From Trichosphaerium sp. ATCC 40318 (lineage: Eukaryota > Protista > Tubulinea): a stretch of DNA of 64,000 nucleotides. The notes under the pieces were generated by a model. The model was not told the origin of the DNA. It made no database searches and saw only the letters and a program-made list of their open reading frames with translations. Position 1 is the first letter of the stretch, and every line of letters begins with the position of its first letter. This document shows positions 23,393 to 36,821 of the stretch, piece after piece. The DNA is taken from assembly GCA_038496445.1 (NCBI GenBank), contig JALMLS010000143.1:1-64000 (forward strand). Direction: 5' to 3'. The translations under genes and the position numbers were made by a program.

Positions 23393-26300
23393 TTACAAGG
23401 GTAAACTGTTTGTGTTAATTACTGAACAATTTTCTTCAAGGATCTTGATCTTTTCCTTCAATTCGGTAACTTGCTTTTGTAACGCTGAAATTTTTGTAAG
23501 TTTTGAAACATGATCCAAGTTTGAATCTGTTATGCTCCCATTACCCGATGACTCGTGTTTTTTAGGTACATAGTAGTCCAGTATAGACATTGCGAATATA
23601 CTCAATGCTAAGAGAAAGCACTGTGAGAATAATGCTAAAATAAAGAAAAAAACGAGAAAAAAAACTAACCTGCACTTAAGATAACGCATATCGAATGAAT
23701 GATGTATCTTTCTTCTACAGCGTTTTGCTGTGTGATGGTAAACCGAACAAGCATAGCAATTGACATAAAAAGAGTCATGTTATAGATAGCAAAACCAAAT
23801 ATCTGAACGAAATTAGTTCAAAGTTGGAACGAACACGTGATGTCACATTATTAAGGATATTGACGTACTTTAGGTTCACTTAGAATTTTGACTTTTCGTA
23901 TTTGGATAGTGATTATTGACCCGATAATCATAACCACAAGCTTGAACAGATTGGATTAGATGATAAATAAAAAAGGGATTGGTTTTTGTTTCTTTGGCTT
24001 ACGACAAACACGTATTGTACTGCGATAATCACAGTGGAGAGTGTAGAGTAATTACACTCATAGTAATTTCTTGAAACGCGATGTTCATCGACAACAGTGA
24101 TTTCAGAGTCCTGTAGCGTTGCACTGAAAGTTACACAGAGAATCTTTCAACATGTTAAGGCGACAAAAAACTAGTTCCGTAAATTCAAAAAAAAAAAGGA
24201 TACGATGCAAATGCCGACAAATACTCCGACAATGGGCAAGAGCTCTACATCCTTGACTTCAACGGCCTTTAATCGCTTATTTCTGTTAATTAAGAATACT
24301 TTCCATGACTTGGCGAACAGACACCTGCCCAAAAGAAAAGGTTTAAAAAAAAACCAGGATATCGCAGCTTAACTTACCCAAACATTATGTTTACACCAAG
24401 AAATAGTAACCAATCATTAAGATGACAAGCGTAAGTTAGACTATTATTTGGTGTCGCAAACAAGGTAGACGTATAGATCAGAATAGCTCCAACATCAACA
24501 CCGAGCAAAAAAGCCGGTGATGAAACTAAACAACATCAGTTCATAGAACACATTATTAAATTCATACATCTCAGACGTTCTCTGTATATGCAAACGTATA
24601 TTGCAAGGCAAGCTGAATATCCAAAGGCAAATATAAATATACCTAGCACGACCCATTCAACAGAACTGTCACCTGAACGCTATCAGAATCCGATGAACAA
24701 TTATTAAAAAAGCAGTACCGAATTGATCAGAAAATACCCTTTCTTTCCAAGTCGGCATAGGTATAACAAGTGCTCTGGATGCGCTTAATAAAGGACCAAC
24801 AGTTTCTTCCACATCGTAAATATATTGTCCCATAACACCTTCAGTGAGTTGCTGTCCTTGAGCATCAAAACGAATCTAAACTAGCATTAAAATCATAGCT
24901 GTTTGTGGTTATAAGACTAAATACCCTTCCCAAGAATGTGGTCATGTCCTGTCTTCTGAAAGCATCAGCAACTAAGTCATTGTCAAGAGATTGGGAGTCC
25001 TTCAACAACGCAATTAGAAGAAAGGATAAAAATGAAACAGTACGTTGATAGCTCTTTCTAGCATTTGTCCTGCAACATAAGCGGGAGCTCCCCACGTGTG
25101 ACTTGTTACAGGGGTATTAGAAAACTTTCCAAAGCTCTCCAAAAACGCAGCAGTATTATTACCATCTTCCCCTCTTCTTGTAGAAAGACCACTGATCTAT
25201 TTTTAAGTGAGGCAACGAAAAAATTTTGACAAGTTCGATTAAAAGTCAGTACGTACTGACTTAACACCACAAACATAGTTGCGCATCTCAGGGTCGAAGT
25301 TCACCCACGCTGAGTAAGGCAACGCTAGCATAAACTTTGGTGTCCAATCTCTTTTCTTGAAATTAGGCATCATGTATTCTATAGCTGGTTGTGGATTTAG
25401 ACCACAAACAAAAAGTGCTTCATTGTTCAATGAAATTATTTTCTGAACATAGTGTTATTCGAAAAAATAATAGTATTTATGTACCTCCATTGAGGCTGTC
25501 CAATTAGTCATGTAATTTGTATCTCCTTCTTGTAGCACGTATACACGATCTCTTTTCGTAACACCGTTCTCTTCAGCCTGTAAATAAGAGGTTAATAGTA
25601 TACCATTGGTAAAAAAAATAGGAGTACTGATTCGTCAAACCCTGTGCACGCTAGCTCTCCTAAAACCCTGTCCATGATGAGATATGTTACAGAAACTAAC
25701 TCGTTTGATCTCATAAAGGGTAAAGCTACCAGAGAAAGCCTAATCCTGTTAGAAAAAATGTGCGAAGTAGATAGTATACCTTGATGTTCGAGGAATAACA
25801 CTGAAAGCGTTGTTGTTCTCCGCAAACACATCTGAGGACACGCTGACTCCAATAAGTAGTCTATTAGATGGCCCAGTTACTTTTTCGGCTACCGCAACAC
25901 TTAGAGCTGAACCTATAGGACCTATATGACGTCAGTTACGGTAGCAACATAAAAATAGTTTACCAAAAAGAAAGGTAACATTTGGATTTTTCACCAACTG
26001 TTGATAATTTTCAACAGCGCTTTCTTCTGTTCCATTGTCCGAAAGTGCCATCAACTCAACCTAAAATTGCAAAAAGAGAAGTTAGCCCGAACATGTGATA
26101 ATTATAAAATTAGATTATGTTCAAAAAAACCGTATTTTACCCTGTACGAAGTTTCATTCAATCCTGATCCAATTTTAATACCTCCTTTGTCGTTCGCTGT
26201 TTTCACCCATAGTTCAACACCATCTTTTTGCGCATTACCATTATTGTTCTTAACAATAGCAAAAATTTAGTATCGTATAAATAGTGCTAGCGAAGGCAAC

Positions 26301-26627
26301 ATACATCCTGCTCACTTCTTGAACCTACACTCTTTCCAGTGTAGCTTAAACCGACTGTTATAATGTTTTCCGAGTTTCCGGCCACAGATATTATAATCGT
26401 AGACACCAGAATGATAATAACGCCTAAGATACTAACGTTATTTGGTGTGCTTTTGAAGTTTAGCCGTAATTTTTTTTTTATTTATTTTAACACAACCGCA
26501 GAAAAGTAAGATTAAAAACCGAACTTTGGCGCTCCTAGCAGTAACGCATGCGCCTCTACTAGTACCATACTTTTCAGAATGGAAGAATTTAAAACGTACC
26601 AAATGTACAGCAGTAGAACTTTTTCAT
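23393..26627 (-). CDS. Class C (GABA-B-like) GPCR: signal peptide, Venus-flytrap domain, 7TM, C-terminal coiled coil
   Basis: MKKFYCCTF|GVIIILVST signal; ITVGLS..G, DGVELWV...NDKGGI, LGPIGS (type I periplasmic-binding fold); SSPAFL, CHLNDWLLFLG..IMFG|CLFAKSWKV, NESQ..IFGFAIYN (7tm_3); ISALQKQVTELKEKIKILE coiled coil. Confidence 0.85.
24144..24203 (-). other. Probable U12-type (minor spliceosome) GT-AG intron
   Basis: 5' site GTATCCTTT; branch CCTTAAC ending 10 nt before the 3' end; contains an in-frame TAG; removal joins VGVFVGICI|ILCVTFS. Confidence 0.65.
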
Positions 26628-27051
26628 TGTGACACGTGATATAAGGGTTATTTTTTTGTTTTGTTTTTGTAGCTGTTGTGTTTTGTATTTTGCTCTTTTT
26701 CGTATGTTATCATACAGTTTATATCACATTTTAGCAATAAAAACTAAACGTTGTGGAACAGAAGTTCCGATATAGTCGGATTTCTCGGGCCAACAAGCAC
26801 CATTTTTTTATTTATTTCGAGATTTTTTTTGCTAGCGCAGTAAACCGTATTTGTTAAAACAAATATGCATTAATGTTGAAGAAATTAATTGATTAAAATG
26901 GGTTAATCTAAACGAGCCTGCATACAACTTCTTGTCAAGTGATCTTTGCGTTAAAAAAGGGGTTCATTGAACTATTAGCAACTTAAATAGTTTTTAACAC
27001 TTAAAGGGCCTTTGGCGCTCGCTACAGAAACCGCAAACAAAGGGGCTGCTA

Positions 27052-27957
27052 ATGGCATCAAAACGTGACGTAACATATTTTTGTGCCGTTTTTTAAATTA
27101 TTCCAAAACTAAGCACTTAATTACAGAAAGAACAAAGTGAATCGACTTGGCATCATATATTACACCTTCCAGTTGAATTACAGCTTGATATTACAGACAT
27201 AGACTTTGAAATTTATTTAAAATGGCCATTGTTATCTAAGAGCGCTGCCGTAGCAACAAGGTATGATTTAGCGCTAAAGAAATATGGTAAATGGATTAAA
27301 CAAAGAAAATGCCAAGAAAACGATTCAAAGTGGAGACCTGTTACCCAAAAGAGCTACAGACATGGTAGAAGGCACGGTAAGTGTATGACATGGCATAAAA
27401 ACGGACAGATCAAGGCACAAAGCGTGTGGGTTGAAGGAACACAAAACGGTGAAAGTAAAACATGGCATGCTAATGGACAACTTCATATTCAGTCTCAGTA
27501 CATCAATGGTAAGTGTGAAGGTGAGTATAAAGAATGGAGTAAGATAGGTGTATTGATGGAGCATTGTCACTATTCTAAAGGTAGACGTGAAGGAGAGTAC
27601 AAGAGCTGGTTTAATGACAGTAGAATCTCTGAACATTGTTACTACGTCCATGGTAAACTAGAAGGGGAATACAAAGAATGGTATAATTCTGGTAATTTGT
27701 GCCAGAGGTCTGAGTATGTTGGTGGTAAGCTTGAAGGAGTGTACAGGTTTTATTACGAGAATGGTCAGTTAAGGGAGGAAAGTAATTTTATAAATGGTAA
27801 GCGTGAAGGAGAGTATAAACGTTGGTATTATAGCAGTCAATTGAGAGAACATTGTCATTTTGTTGATGATAAACGACAAGGACATTACAGATTTTGGTTA
27901 GACAGTGGCCAGTTGTTTCAAGAATGTCAGTATGTTGATGGCATAGAGCAAATGTAA
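27052..27957 (+). CDS. F-box + MORN-variant (YwqK-like) repeat protein, one short 5' intron (27070-27126)
   Basis: In-frame ILHLPVELQLDI..IDFEIYLKWPLLSK upstream of the listed ORF; about eight 24-aa repeats of type GxxEGEYKxWxxxGxLxExxxY; MASKRD|KEQ joined by a GT-AG intron. Confidence 0.8.
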
Positions 27958-28489
27958 CTTTTTAAATGGATACACCTGCAGTTAGAATAAATTAGCCTTC
28001 AAAGAGTATTTTCCTCCATCTTACTTACTGCACGTGACTAGAAGCCCAATATGCTTTCGCAGTAAATTCTGGATATCAACTATCTTGTGGCAGGAGATTT
28101 GTACAAAAGAGAAAGTACAGAAACTCATCTTCTTTTGGAGATGATCCTACTAGAATTACTGTTTTTGAGATTGTTTTGCGAAACCTGTTACAAAAAATAG
28201 TGCACATGTGCTGCTAAAACTGTTGTAGCGAATTACAGACGTTTCACACTCTCTAAATCCGAAAATGGCCTTACAACTTTTGATCTTATCTATTTCAAAG
28301 TTTGTCAACACGTAGAGTGAGAAACCACATATCCCTAGTGTTGTGTATAGTAGGTTCAGCCTGCATTAGTATTAACACGCTTTGCCGTTCATCAGTCAAC
28401 TGTTTTATTTAAAAATACGTTTGCTCAATCGTACACTGAAAGTATTCCATGTACATCACGTGCGAAAAAGAAGAGCGGGTTTTTTTAGC

Positions 28490-29358
28490 TCACATTGAGG
28501 ATCTAAATATCTCAAGTGCTCCTGTTAACGCCATAATAGCCTTATCATCTCCTATCGCCCTTCTACGCAAGTGGATAGTATGTACACCTGAAATTGCCTT
28601 CAAACCTTCAGCTGTTACTTTTGTAAATGATACATCGATTTCATATACACCTGCCAATGCCTTAATGCCCTCATCTGTTACTGATGTACAACCATTCAAG
28701 TAGATGGTGTGTACACCCGCCAGCGCCTTAACGCCTTCGTCTGTTATTGATTTACAGCCATTCAAGTAGATGGTGTGTACGCCTGCCAGTGCTTTAATGC
28801 CTTCATCCGTTATTGATTTGCAGTAGTGCAAGCTAATAGTATGTACACCTGAAATGCCTTCAAACCTTCATCTGTTACATCTGACCAAGATAACTTTATT
28901 TCATGTACACCTGCCAGTGCTTTTATACCCTTATCTGTAATGTTTATACCGGAAAAACGAATAGTATGCACACCTGCCAATGCCGCAACACCATCATCTG
29001 TTATTGATTTACCACCAATCAGGTAGATTGTGCGTACGCCTGCTAGTAGCTGCAAAAGGCTGTTTTTTATTGCAAACCTGAGTCTAAAGAACGTATTGTC
29101 TATTGAAATGATAGTGTTTTGGAGAAGTGGACTACCAGAAAGGATATGAAATTCTCTTTCACTAGTAATCGCAATAAGACCATATCCAACGTGGTTGTGA
29201 ACAATATCTCGCAACAAGTGGCACGTTTGGGCTGAACGGAGGGTATAGCTTCCTTGTTTTAAGATATGTACTATTATTTCAACTGGTAGTGCAGTGAGAT
29301 CAAACACGTGCTGATTGATACTTGGTGTGGGTATTTTTTCCATGTTATGTTTAAACAT
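28490..29358 (-). pseudogene. Intronless F-box + LRR (LAGVHTI repeat) gene with a 1-nt frameshift
   Basis: LTALPVEIIVHIL F-box; repeats ITDEGIKALAGVHTIxL; frame change near 28855 where aaggcatttcagg lacks one A relative to the sister repeat aaggcaatttcagg near 28590. Confidence 0.75.
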
Positions 29359-30009
29359 TTTTGTATGCTAGTTTTTCGTCAGTTTGAGAACGTATTAAAG
29401 CAAGTAGCCGATTACTTCGTACTTTTAGAGCTAAATTAAATAGGAGCCTAATGGACTGAAAAAAAAGAGCGTGGCTTCTAAAACTCAAACCAGGATGAGA
29501 CTGGTATGAGAGATTGTGTTAAAATTTTATGTTTCATAGAATTTTCTTTAAGCTGTTCGTGTCACGTGTACATTTTTTCAAAAACCGGAAAGTAGTCAGG
29601 TTCAACCATAACACGTCAAGCGCTAGGAGCGAACGTTTCTCTGATACAATGGATAACTAATGGGTAAACAGCATGTGTCAAGGAATCCTCAAAAATATTA
29701 AGTACAGGCCAATTACACAAATTGTTAAAAAAAGAGCTTGTGCCTCGTTTTATTATCATGTACCGACAAATAGTGTTGCCGATACAAATTCATACATGTC
29801 AGCTAGTTAAGTTGTTGTAGGTTAACAGGCTTGGTCGACTAAAACAAGCATGTACTTCCAAAAAAAGAGATATAATTTTCTACAAATTCAAGAATCTCTG
29901 ATTGACAATTGCACAAAGTGCAATGTATTGTAACAAAAAAATGGGGTATGTTCATTTAAAACGCTGCAATCGGTCTCTATAATTATAGTTATGGTAAAAA
30001 CGAGAATGC

Positions 30010-30113
30010 AAAAAAATGATTAGCTTCTCGTTATTGCGTGTCATCCTTGCGCAGGTGCCATGCTAATCTTCTCTGTATAGTTCCAATTTTAACATATGCC
30101 TTCCAAAAGGGTC
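30010..30113 (-). ncRNA. U6: U6 spliceosomal snRNA
   Basis: Reverse strand reads GACCCTTTTGGAAGGCATATGTTAAAATTGGAACTATACAGAGAAGATTAGCATGGCACCTGCGCAAGGATGACACGCAATAACGAGAAGCTAATCATTTTTTT: 5' hairpin, ACAGAGA box, AGC triad, ISL, oligo-T terminator; TTTAAAA about 30 nt upstream. Confidence 0.95.
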
Positions 30114-30510
30114 AGCAATAGAAAACCGCAACGTACAACTTTTAAACAAGTCAAACGACCAGAAAAAAAAATAAGTGGTTTTGACGATGGCAATGCCACA
30201 GAAGAAATTCTAATACCTGCTCAAATGCTCTATAATATACAGTAGTACTTGCGTGCACACGATGGTACCATACCAGCTCATTGACGTCACTACTCGATTC
30301 AGTTTTCAATGAAAGGAATCCTTGACAAACAATAATACCTTAAACCGTAAAAGTTGCAGCAAGTGGTACGTATAATCATCCTTAACAACCCTCGGAAGAA
30401 TACCTAAAAAGGAAATGCCTCCGAGATTTTGTACAACCAAATTCGAGTCAACCAAAAACCTCAAAAAAAAACACTATCACAATTGCAACAAATCTTGACT
30501 TTACGTCAAA

Positions 30511-31126
30511 ATGGCACAAAGAAGCTTCAGTAAATTTGACATAGACGTAAAAGAATGGATCAACGTAGACTCAATTAATCTATCCGATGTCAACTTAGTA
30601 CTAGTGTTCCAAGTGAACTGCCCTGGATGTTTCATCCATGCACTGCCTATGTTGAATGAAATCTACAAAACATTCATTTCTGACGAAAAAAAAAAAGATG
30701 CTGAGAAAAGTACATTCCAAGTGTTCGCTATAAGCACTGCTTTTGAAGATTTTGAGTATAACACATTACAGAATACTAAGGTAACTATTAGATTCATTAT
30801 ACACGTGCTTCGCTTAACACATTAAGTAGGATCTGATAAAGACTCAAAAAGTTGTTGGAGAAACAGCTAAACTCTACAAGACTGGTAAATGTCCATACGC
30901 TCTTGAACCATTCCCAATAGGATTTGATAATATGATGGCCATTGAAAAGTATACAAATCAAGTATCAAAAGAACTACCAAGATTTGTACCGAGCACTTTT
31001 CTAAGAAATAGACTACAAGGTACACCAAGTTGGATTATGTTTGACAAAGAGCGCAATATACTCGCCAAGTGGTTTGGTCATGCTGATAAAAGTAAAGTAA
31101 TGGATATGATACGCCAAGCACTGTAA
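30511..31126 (+). CDS. Thioredoxin-fold redoxin (TlpA/peroxiredoxin-like), 2 exons
   Basis: VFQVNCPGCFIHALP (CxxC), AISTAFED, LQGTPSWIMFD (cis-Pro motif); intron 30781-30829. Confidence 0.8.
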
Positions 31127-31183
31127 AATAAAAAATAGACAGACGTCATTGAACACCATGAGAGTTCATGATTAATTTTTTTT

Positions 31184-34100
31184 TTAATAGTACAATTTGT
31201 TTGAGGCAAGTTGACGCCTTATTGATCCTTGACTCTTTGATATACTCTTCTTTGAAGATGTTGCCGCATCAGGGTGTCTAGGTGATGACGATTCAGAATA
31301 TCGAGGTGATGCCTCAGAGTATCTAGGAGAGTTCTCGGAGTAACGAGGTGAATCACCATTCGTTGATTGTCCTAAACATAAAATTAAATTCTTATCACTG
31401 GAAGGTTCTACAAACCATCAGGATCCTGACCATCGTATATATAAGACCAATTCTTCCATGTATCAGAACCATCGCTATCAATTGATGAATATGTTCCAGA
31501 ATCATCATAAACTGCGAACTGGCCTTGTGTTTCATGAAGATCTACAAGAACAATTACAATAAGCAAAAAAAAAAATTGCTAGTTGCGTAGTTTTGACATA
31601 CCGTCTTTCAGACGTTGTAGCTTTGCTCCGCACATAGAAAGCGTTGTAATTATACGAATACATGTATTTTTATTTAAACCTTTCCATAAAGGAAGCTAGA
31701 ATAAATTTAAGAACCTCAAAAATAAACACGTGGCAGTTCAGCAAAAATAAACAAAAAGCTTACCTTTGACATTTCAGAAAATTTTGGCCGATTTTGTTGT
31801 GGTAGATAGCACGTGCTAATGAACTCATTAAATGCATCAGAAGTTTCTGCTGTTCCAGCCAAGAACTCCAAGCATTTTCCGAAAGAATAAACGTCATGTG
31901 CCTTCAAACAAAGTTAAAAAACAAAACTCTAATGAACAGAAACAACAGATTTACCTGTGCGTTGTATACTTTTTGAGAATTCTTCCAAACGTCAGGATCA
32001 GAAAAGTCAGGTGTTCCAACATGACTCTCTAACAGAGTATTTACTCCACCATACGTTACACTACACCCAAAATCGCCTATATATACAGTGTTAAAGACAT
32101 AAACCAGTGACTGTACTCACAGAGATAAGTAGTAAAATCGTTACCAATCAGAATATCTATGAAAGAACTTAGAACAACATTGTTTGTTTGGTTGCGCACT
32201 CTCTGGTTTTACGTCTCGGTGAGCAATGCGTCGTTTATGTAAAAATACTAGTGATTCCAATACAAAATACCCAATCGCCAAAGCACCTAGTAGTAGAATG
32301 GTGAGTTGTTGGAACATTGAAAAGACATCGAAAAAAAGAATTAATGTAATGTTTTGTTACCTTGCTCGCCTAATCCTGCTTCCCTTTGACTCACTAACTC
32401 ATCTGTGATGCTATCTCTTTTTTCTTCTATCTTAAATTGATCACATAATGTTGTAACAGAGCCCATCTTCATCCACTCAAACACAAGCTAATTCTAACAT
32501 AAGAACTAACCATCAAAAAAAAAAACTAGGTGTGATGTACATAAACGCTGCCCTCAAACATGTATATCTCTCGTGCATAGCATAAATGTTTCTACCGTAT
32601 GGTGTAAGTACAATAACTCGCATTTTGATAATAGATAAAACTCCAAAAAAGACAAATAAAACAAGTACCTTCTTTGATCCAACAATTCTCAAAGCTGAGT
32701 TCAGTACAACTTCACGCTTTAAATACTTATTTCTACTGTTACTATCTTTATCAATTTTTAATATTTTAATAGCAACTGGTTCTTTTGACGTTATTTCAAA
32801 CGCTCTCAACACTATGCCTTGACCTCTAAGCAAACTGTAAATAAAATATCTTCGACGAAAAAAATAAAATTTCTGATTGATTTCTTTCAAGATAATCATG
32901 ATCACCCTTAGCAGGTCTATTTCTTATTTTATACACGCACCCGCTACCAATAACTGTAATTGAGCTGTTATCGTATTTTTTCCATATATTGGCAATGATG
33001 CAATACTTCTCGTAATTAAACACCTGCCGATTCAACTCACGAATAAATTCTCTAGCATTCTTGGTATCTTTGCGTTGAATAGTGCGTTTGCGTTGTGAGA
33101 CTGAAGGCGAGTTTGATGTTATAACACGATGTATAGGAACTATTTGGGCAGCGCCAGACTTCGATCTATCTGCAAAAGGTTCGAAGTAAGCCAAAAAAGT
33201 AACAACTGTATTCACCCTAACAAAAAAACTCTAGATTTAAACTACTCACCTCTGCGTATTCTTCCAGCTCTAGCCACCCTATCTGACCGGCGTCGTGCTA
33301 ATCCAAGTGTCAATCTAAGCAACAAAAAAATATACAAGACCACTCTGATGATTTAGGACTAAGAACCGCTCTTAAAAGGAAGAAAGGTAAAATTCCCAAA
33401 AAAAAAATGGAAGGTATAATTATACACAATAAAACACTTAACACCTGGGCCTGTCTAAGGCGTACCACGCTTCTTTCCAATGGCACGCTCTTCAGGAGTC
33501 ATATCTATACTCGATGAGCGTTGTCTAGGGCCATCTAACAAGTAAAAACGTCTAATCTTTATGCCTTTTTTTTGGTATGATTGTACACGCGTTGGCAACG
33601 CGCTATCGCTTCCTCTTGAGATACTCTCGGTAATAACACCGTTATTTAGAGGGTTAGTAATACTTCTACTTTTACTCGTAGAAGGCTTTATAGCATCGCG
33701 AATGAGCATCCCTGCTAAAGCAAAGAAAAGTCAGAAAACACCAAATATGTCATGAAAGTAAAAAAAAAAATTTTAAGTGAATTGAAAAATGTCATGTTGT
33801 ATTTGGCAACAAATGGTTCTAGTTTGGAGTTTATATGATAAAACTTATGTTACCTCCTTGTACTGATGCTTCTACGTCTTTTGAAGATTCTTCTTTGACT
33901 GTTTGATACTTTACCGTTAGTTTCTCTCCGATTAGTATCTTAGCACCGTCTTTTAATTCACGTGGTTCTCCTGTAGCGAATGAGTAAGTCAAAGTCGGAC
34001 AAAAGTTTATTTAAAGACACTCACAGCCAAAAACAAAAAATTATTTTTTGGCGTAATTTTCTAAAAAAAGACATTGGCATCTACCAAAAAAACCCCTACG

Positions 34101-34535
34101 TAACGTTGTACAATAGAATGATCAAAAAATCACATTTTACAGTATATTTAAAGAGTTAAAAATGTAGTTAATCCGTGTTTGGGTTTGTACCTGGATAAAC
34201 ACGCTCTCCATTTATTGTTAGCGACTTTGCGCTCTGTGTTAGGTTCAATAGGTTAACCTAAATCTCAACGTGAGTGATTTACGCATTATTTTAGTACCCT
34301 ATTGGCAAGTATGTATATTTGCGCATGAACGGCTTCTATTCCGGCACCTTTTACTTTGACTTTGTTGCCGGACACGCCCTGTAGTCTATTCACATGTTAA
34401 AATTCGTTGTATTTCATCTATAACTACGTACGCGCTACCAATGTAAATAGTTTTGCGCTTCAAAGCGTAAATTTTTGTAGTATGGCTGTTTTTAGGCGTG
34501 ATTAGCTCCAAACGGAATTTAGGAGCGTGGGTCAT
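31184..34535 (-). CDS. FHA-domain Ser/Thr protein kinase, multi-exon
   Basis: N-terminal IYIG...VHAQI...INGERVYP|GEPRELKDGAKILIG (FHA-like); kinase GQGIV, VAIK, HRDVKPE, DFG, GTPDF, DVYSFG. Confidence 0.75.
31280..31352 (-). repeat. Three 21-nt coding repeats (SPRYSEx) in kinase tail
   Basis: Translates DSPRYSENSPRYSEASPRYSESSSPR. Confidence 0.8.
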
Positions 34536-34626
34536 CACGCGAGACGTCTAAACGTCACAGCCAACTATACATGTGATAGCCACAATCAAAAGTCCACAAA
34601 AGTCCGTTTTGTGCAGTTCTTTCGCG

Positions 34627-35384
34627 ATGTCAGGTGATATGGACACCCTTATACAGGGTAGTAAGTATAAAGAGGAGCGAAAGAAAGAATGGGAGCTCGT
34701 TCGTACAACAGGGAAGTTACCTGCTGTCCCACAACACAAGAAGAGTAATAGTCTCTATGAGCAGCTACGCGAGCAGCGCGAGAAGATAGAACAAATGTGG
34801 ATAGAGCGCAATAGGCTGCGTGCGTTACACTTTTGTAATTATAACACTATCTGGTGCTAATACGCTATATAGCACCACCAAAACCGTTAGATGAGGACGA
34901 AATGATGTACAGAGAGGAAGAAAAAGCAAAGAGAGATGCAGTGCGCGAATATGATGAAGAGCAAGTGCGCATATTTCAGGTACGCGTCGTTGTGCGATTA
35001 AAAAAAATCATTTCCGTTGTAACTTTTAATCCAGTTTAAAAACCACGCAAAGCGTCTCTTGCTTTGTATTTCGCGTGTAATATTTTATAGGATCGCATGG
35101 CAAGCCGTGTTGTGAGCGCTGAGAAGGACGAAGAAGAATCTATAATTGCTATTCTACAAAAACCTAAAATGAAGCCTAAGAAGCGTAGAAAACCTCTTTC
35201 TGTTCGTTTTACAACAAAACCAAAAGTAGAAGGTGAAAACAAACGTAAATTGAGCGAAGAAGACGATGACAAGCCAAAGAAACGCGCTAAAACATCAGAT
35301 AAGGAAGATACATCAAAGAAAACTAATGAAGATAGTGATGATGATTCTGAAGGGGGATTAGGGTTCAGCCTTGTACCATATTAA
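34627..35384 (+). CDS. FAM192A: FAM192A/PSME3IP1 (NIP30/Fyv6-like) nuclear protein, 3 exons
   Basis: SLYEQLREQREK...PKPLDEDE motif, basic/acidic tail ending LVPY; head-to-head with the FHA-kinase (91 bp). Confidence 0.7.
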
Positions 35385-35607
35385 AAAAAATTCTGAACTC
35401 TAAAAACATTTTGACACGTGTCAAAAAAAAAAGCTGACAAAATGACGGTCGTCATTTCATTGACTTGGCGTAAATATGTTAGTCTTTTGGTGCTATAGGT
35501 ATGATAAATTTTGAAAAGCGTATCTAACGTAGAGTCTGTCGGCAGTAAATGAAGGCAATGTGAGGAGAGCTATGTACAAGATTTATTTTTTTTTACAGGT
35601 TGGGCGT

Positions 35608-36302
<695 letters not shown>

Positions 36303-36821
36303 TTTTAGTAGTGTTGAGGTGTTGTTTGTTAGTTGTATGTTGTTAAATTATGCTCTTTTTCATGCTGACGTCGTTTTAAACGTTGAAAAGCTAAATTCAC
36401 AGAAAGAATCGACGTATTGAATTTTGCTGTATTTTCAAATAAACTCCTTTGTAAATCTGCTGTCGACGTAGTAGGTTTTTATACGTTGAAGTACTAGCCA
36501 CATAACCAATGACAGTTCTGTTGTCTAAAATGGAACTTGATCATGTTTTGTACTCCTGCTCTACCTTGCCATTAGTACAAGCGCCCCAATGCAATGCCTC
36601 GGTATGATTACAACGTATACAATACGTTTTATCTCTACAGCCTTGGCTCCAGCTTTTTTCTCCTTCCAAAAAACTGCAGATTTTGTGCAGTGCGTTGGGC
36701 GTTCATCAAGAAACGTTCTAAATATGTTTGTAGCAATTCCTGTTATGACCAACTAGTCTTGTTCTGTCTTCTAATTTAAAATTAATTACAACCAAATGAA
36801 CATAACGTTATAAAGATACGT

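Noticed and set aside
26525-27025. Repeated ctttggcgctc motif around the GPCR/F-box divergent region
   Set aside because: Only 11 bp and two copies; cannot be distinguished from chance.
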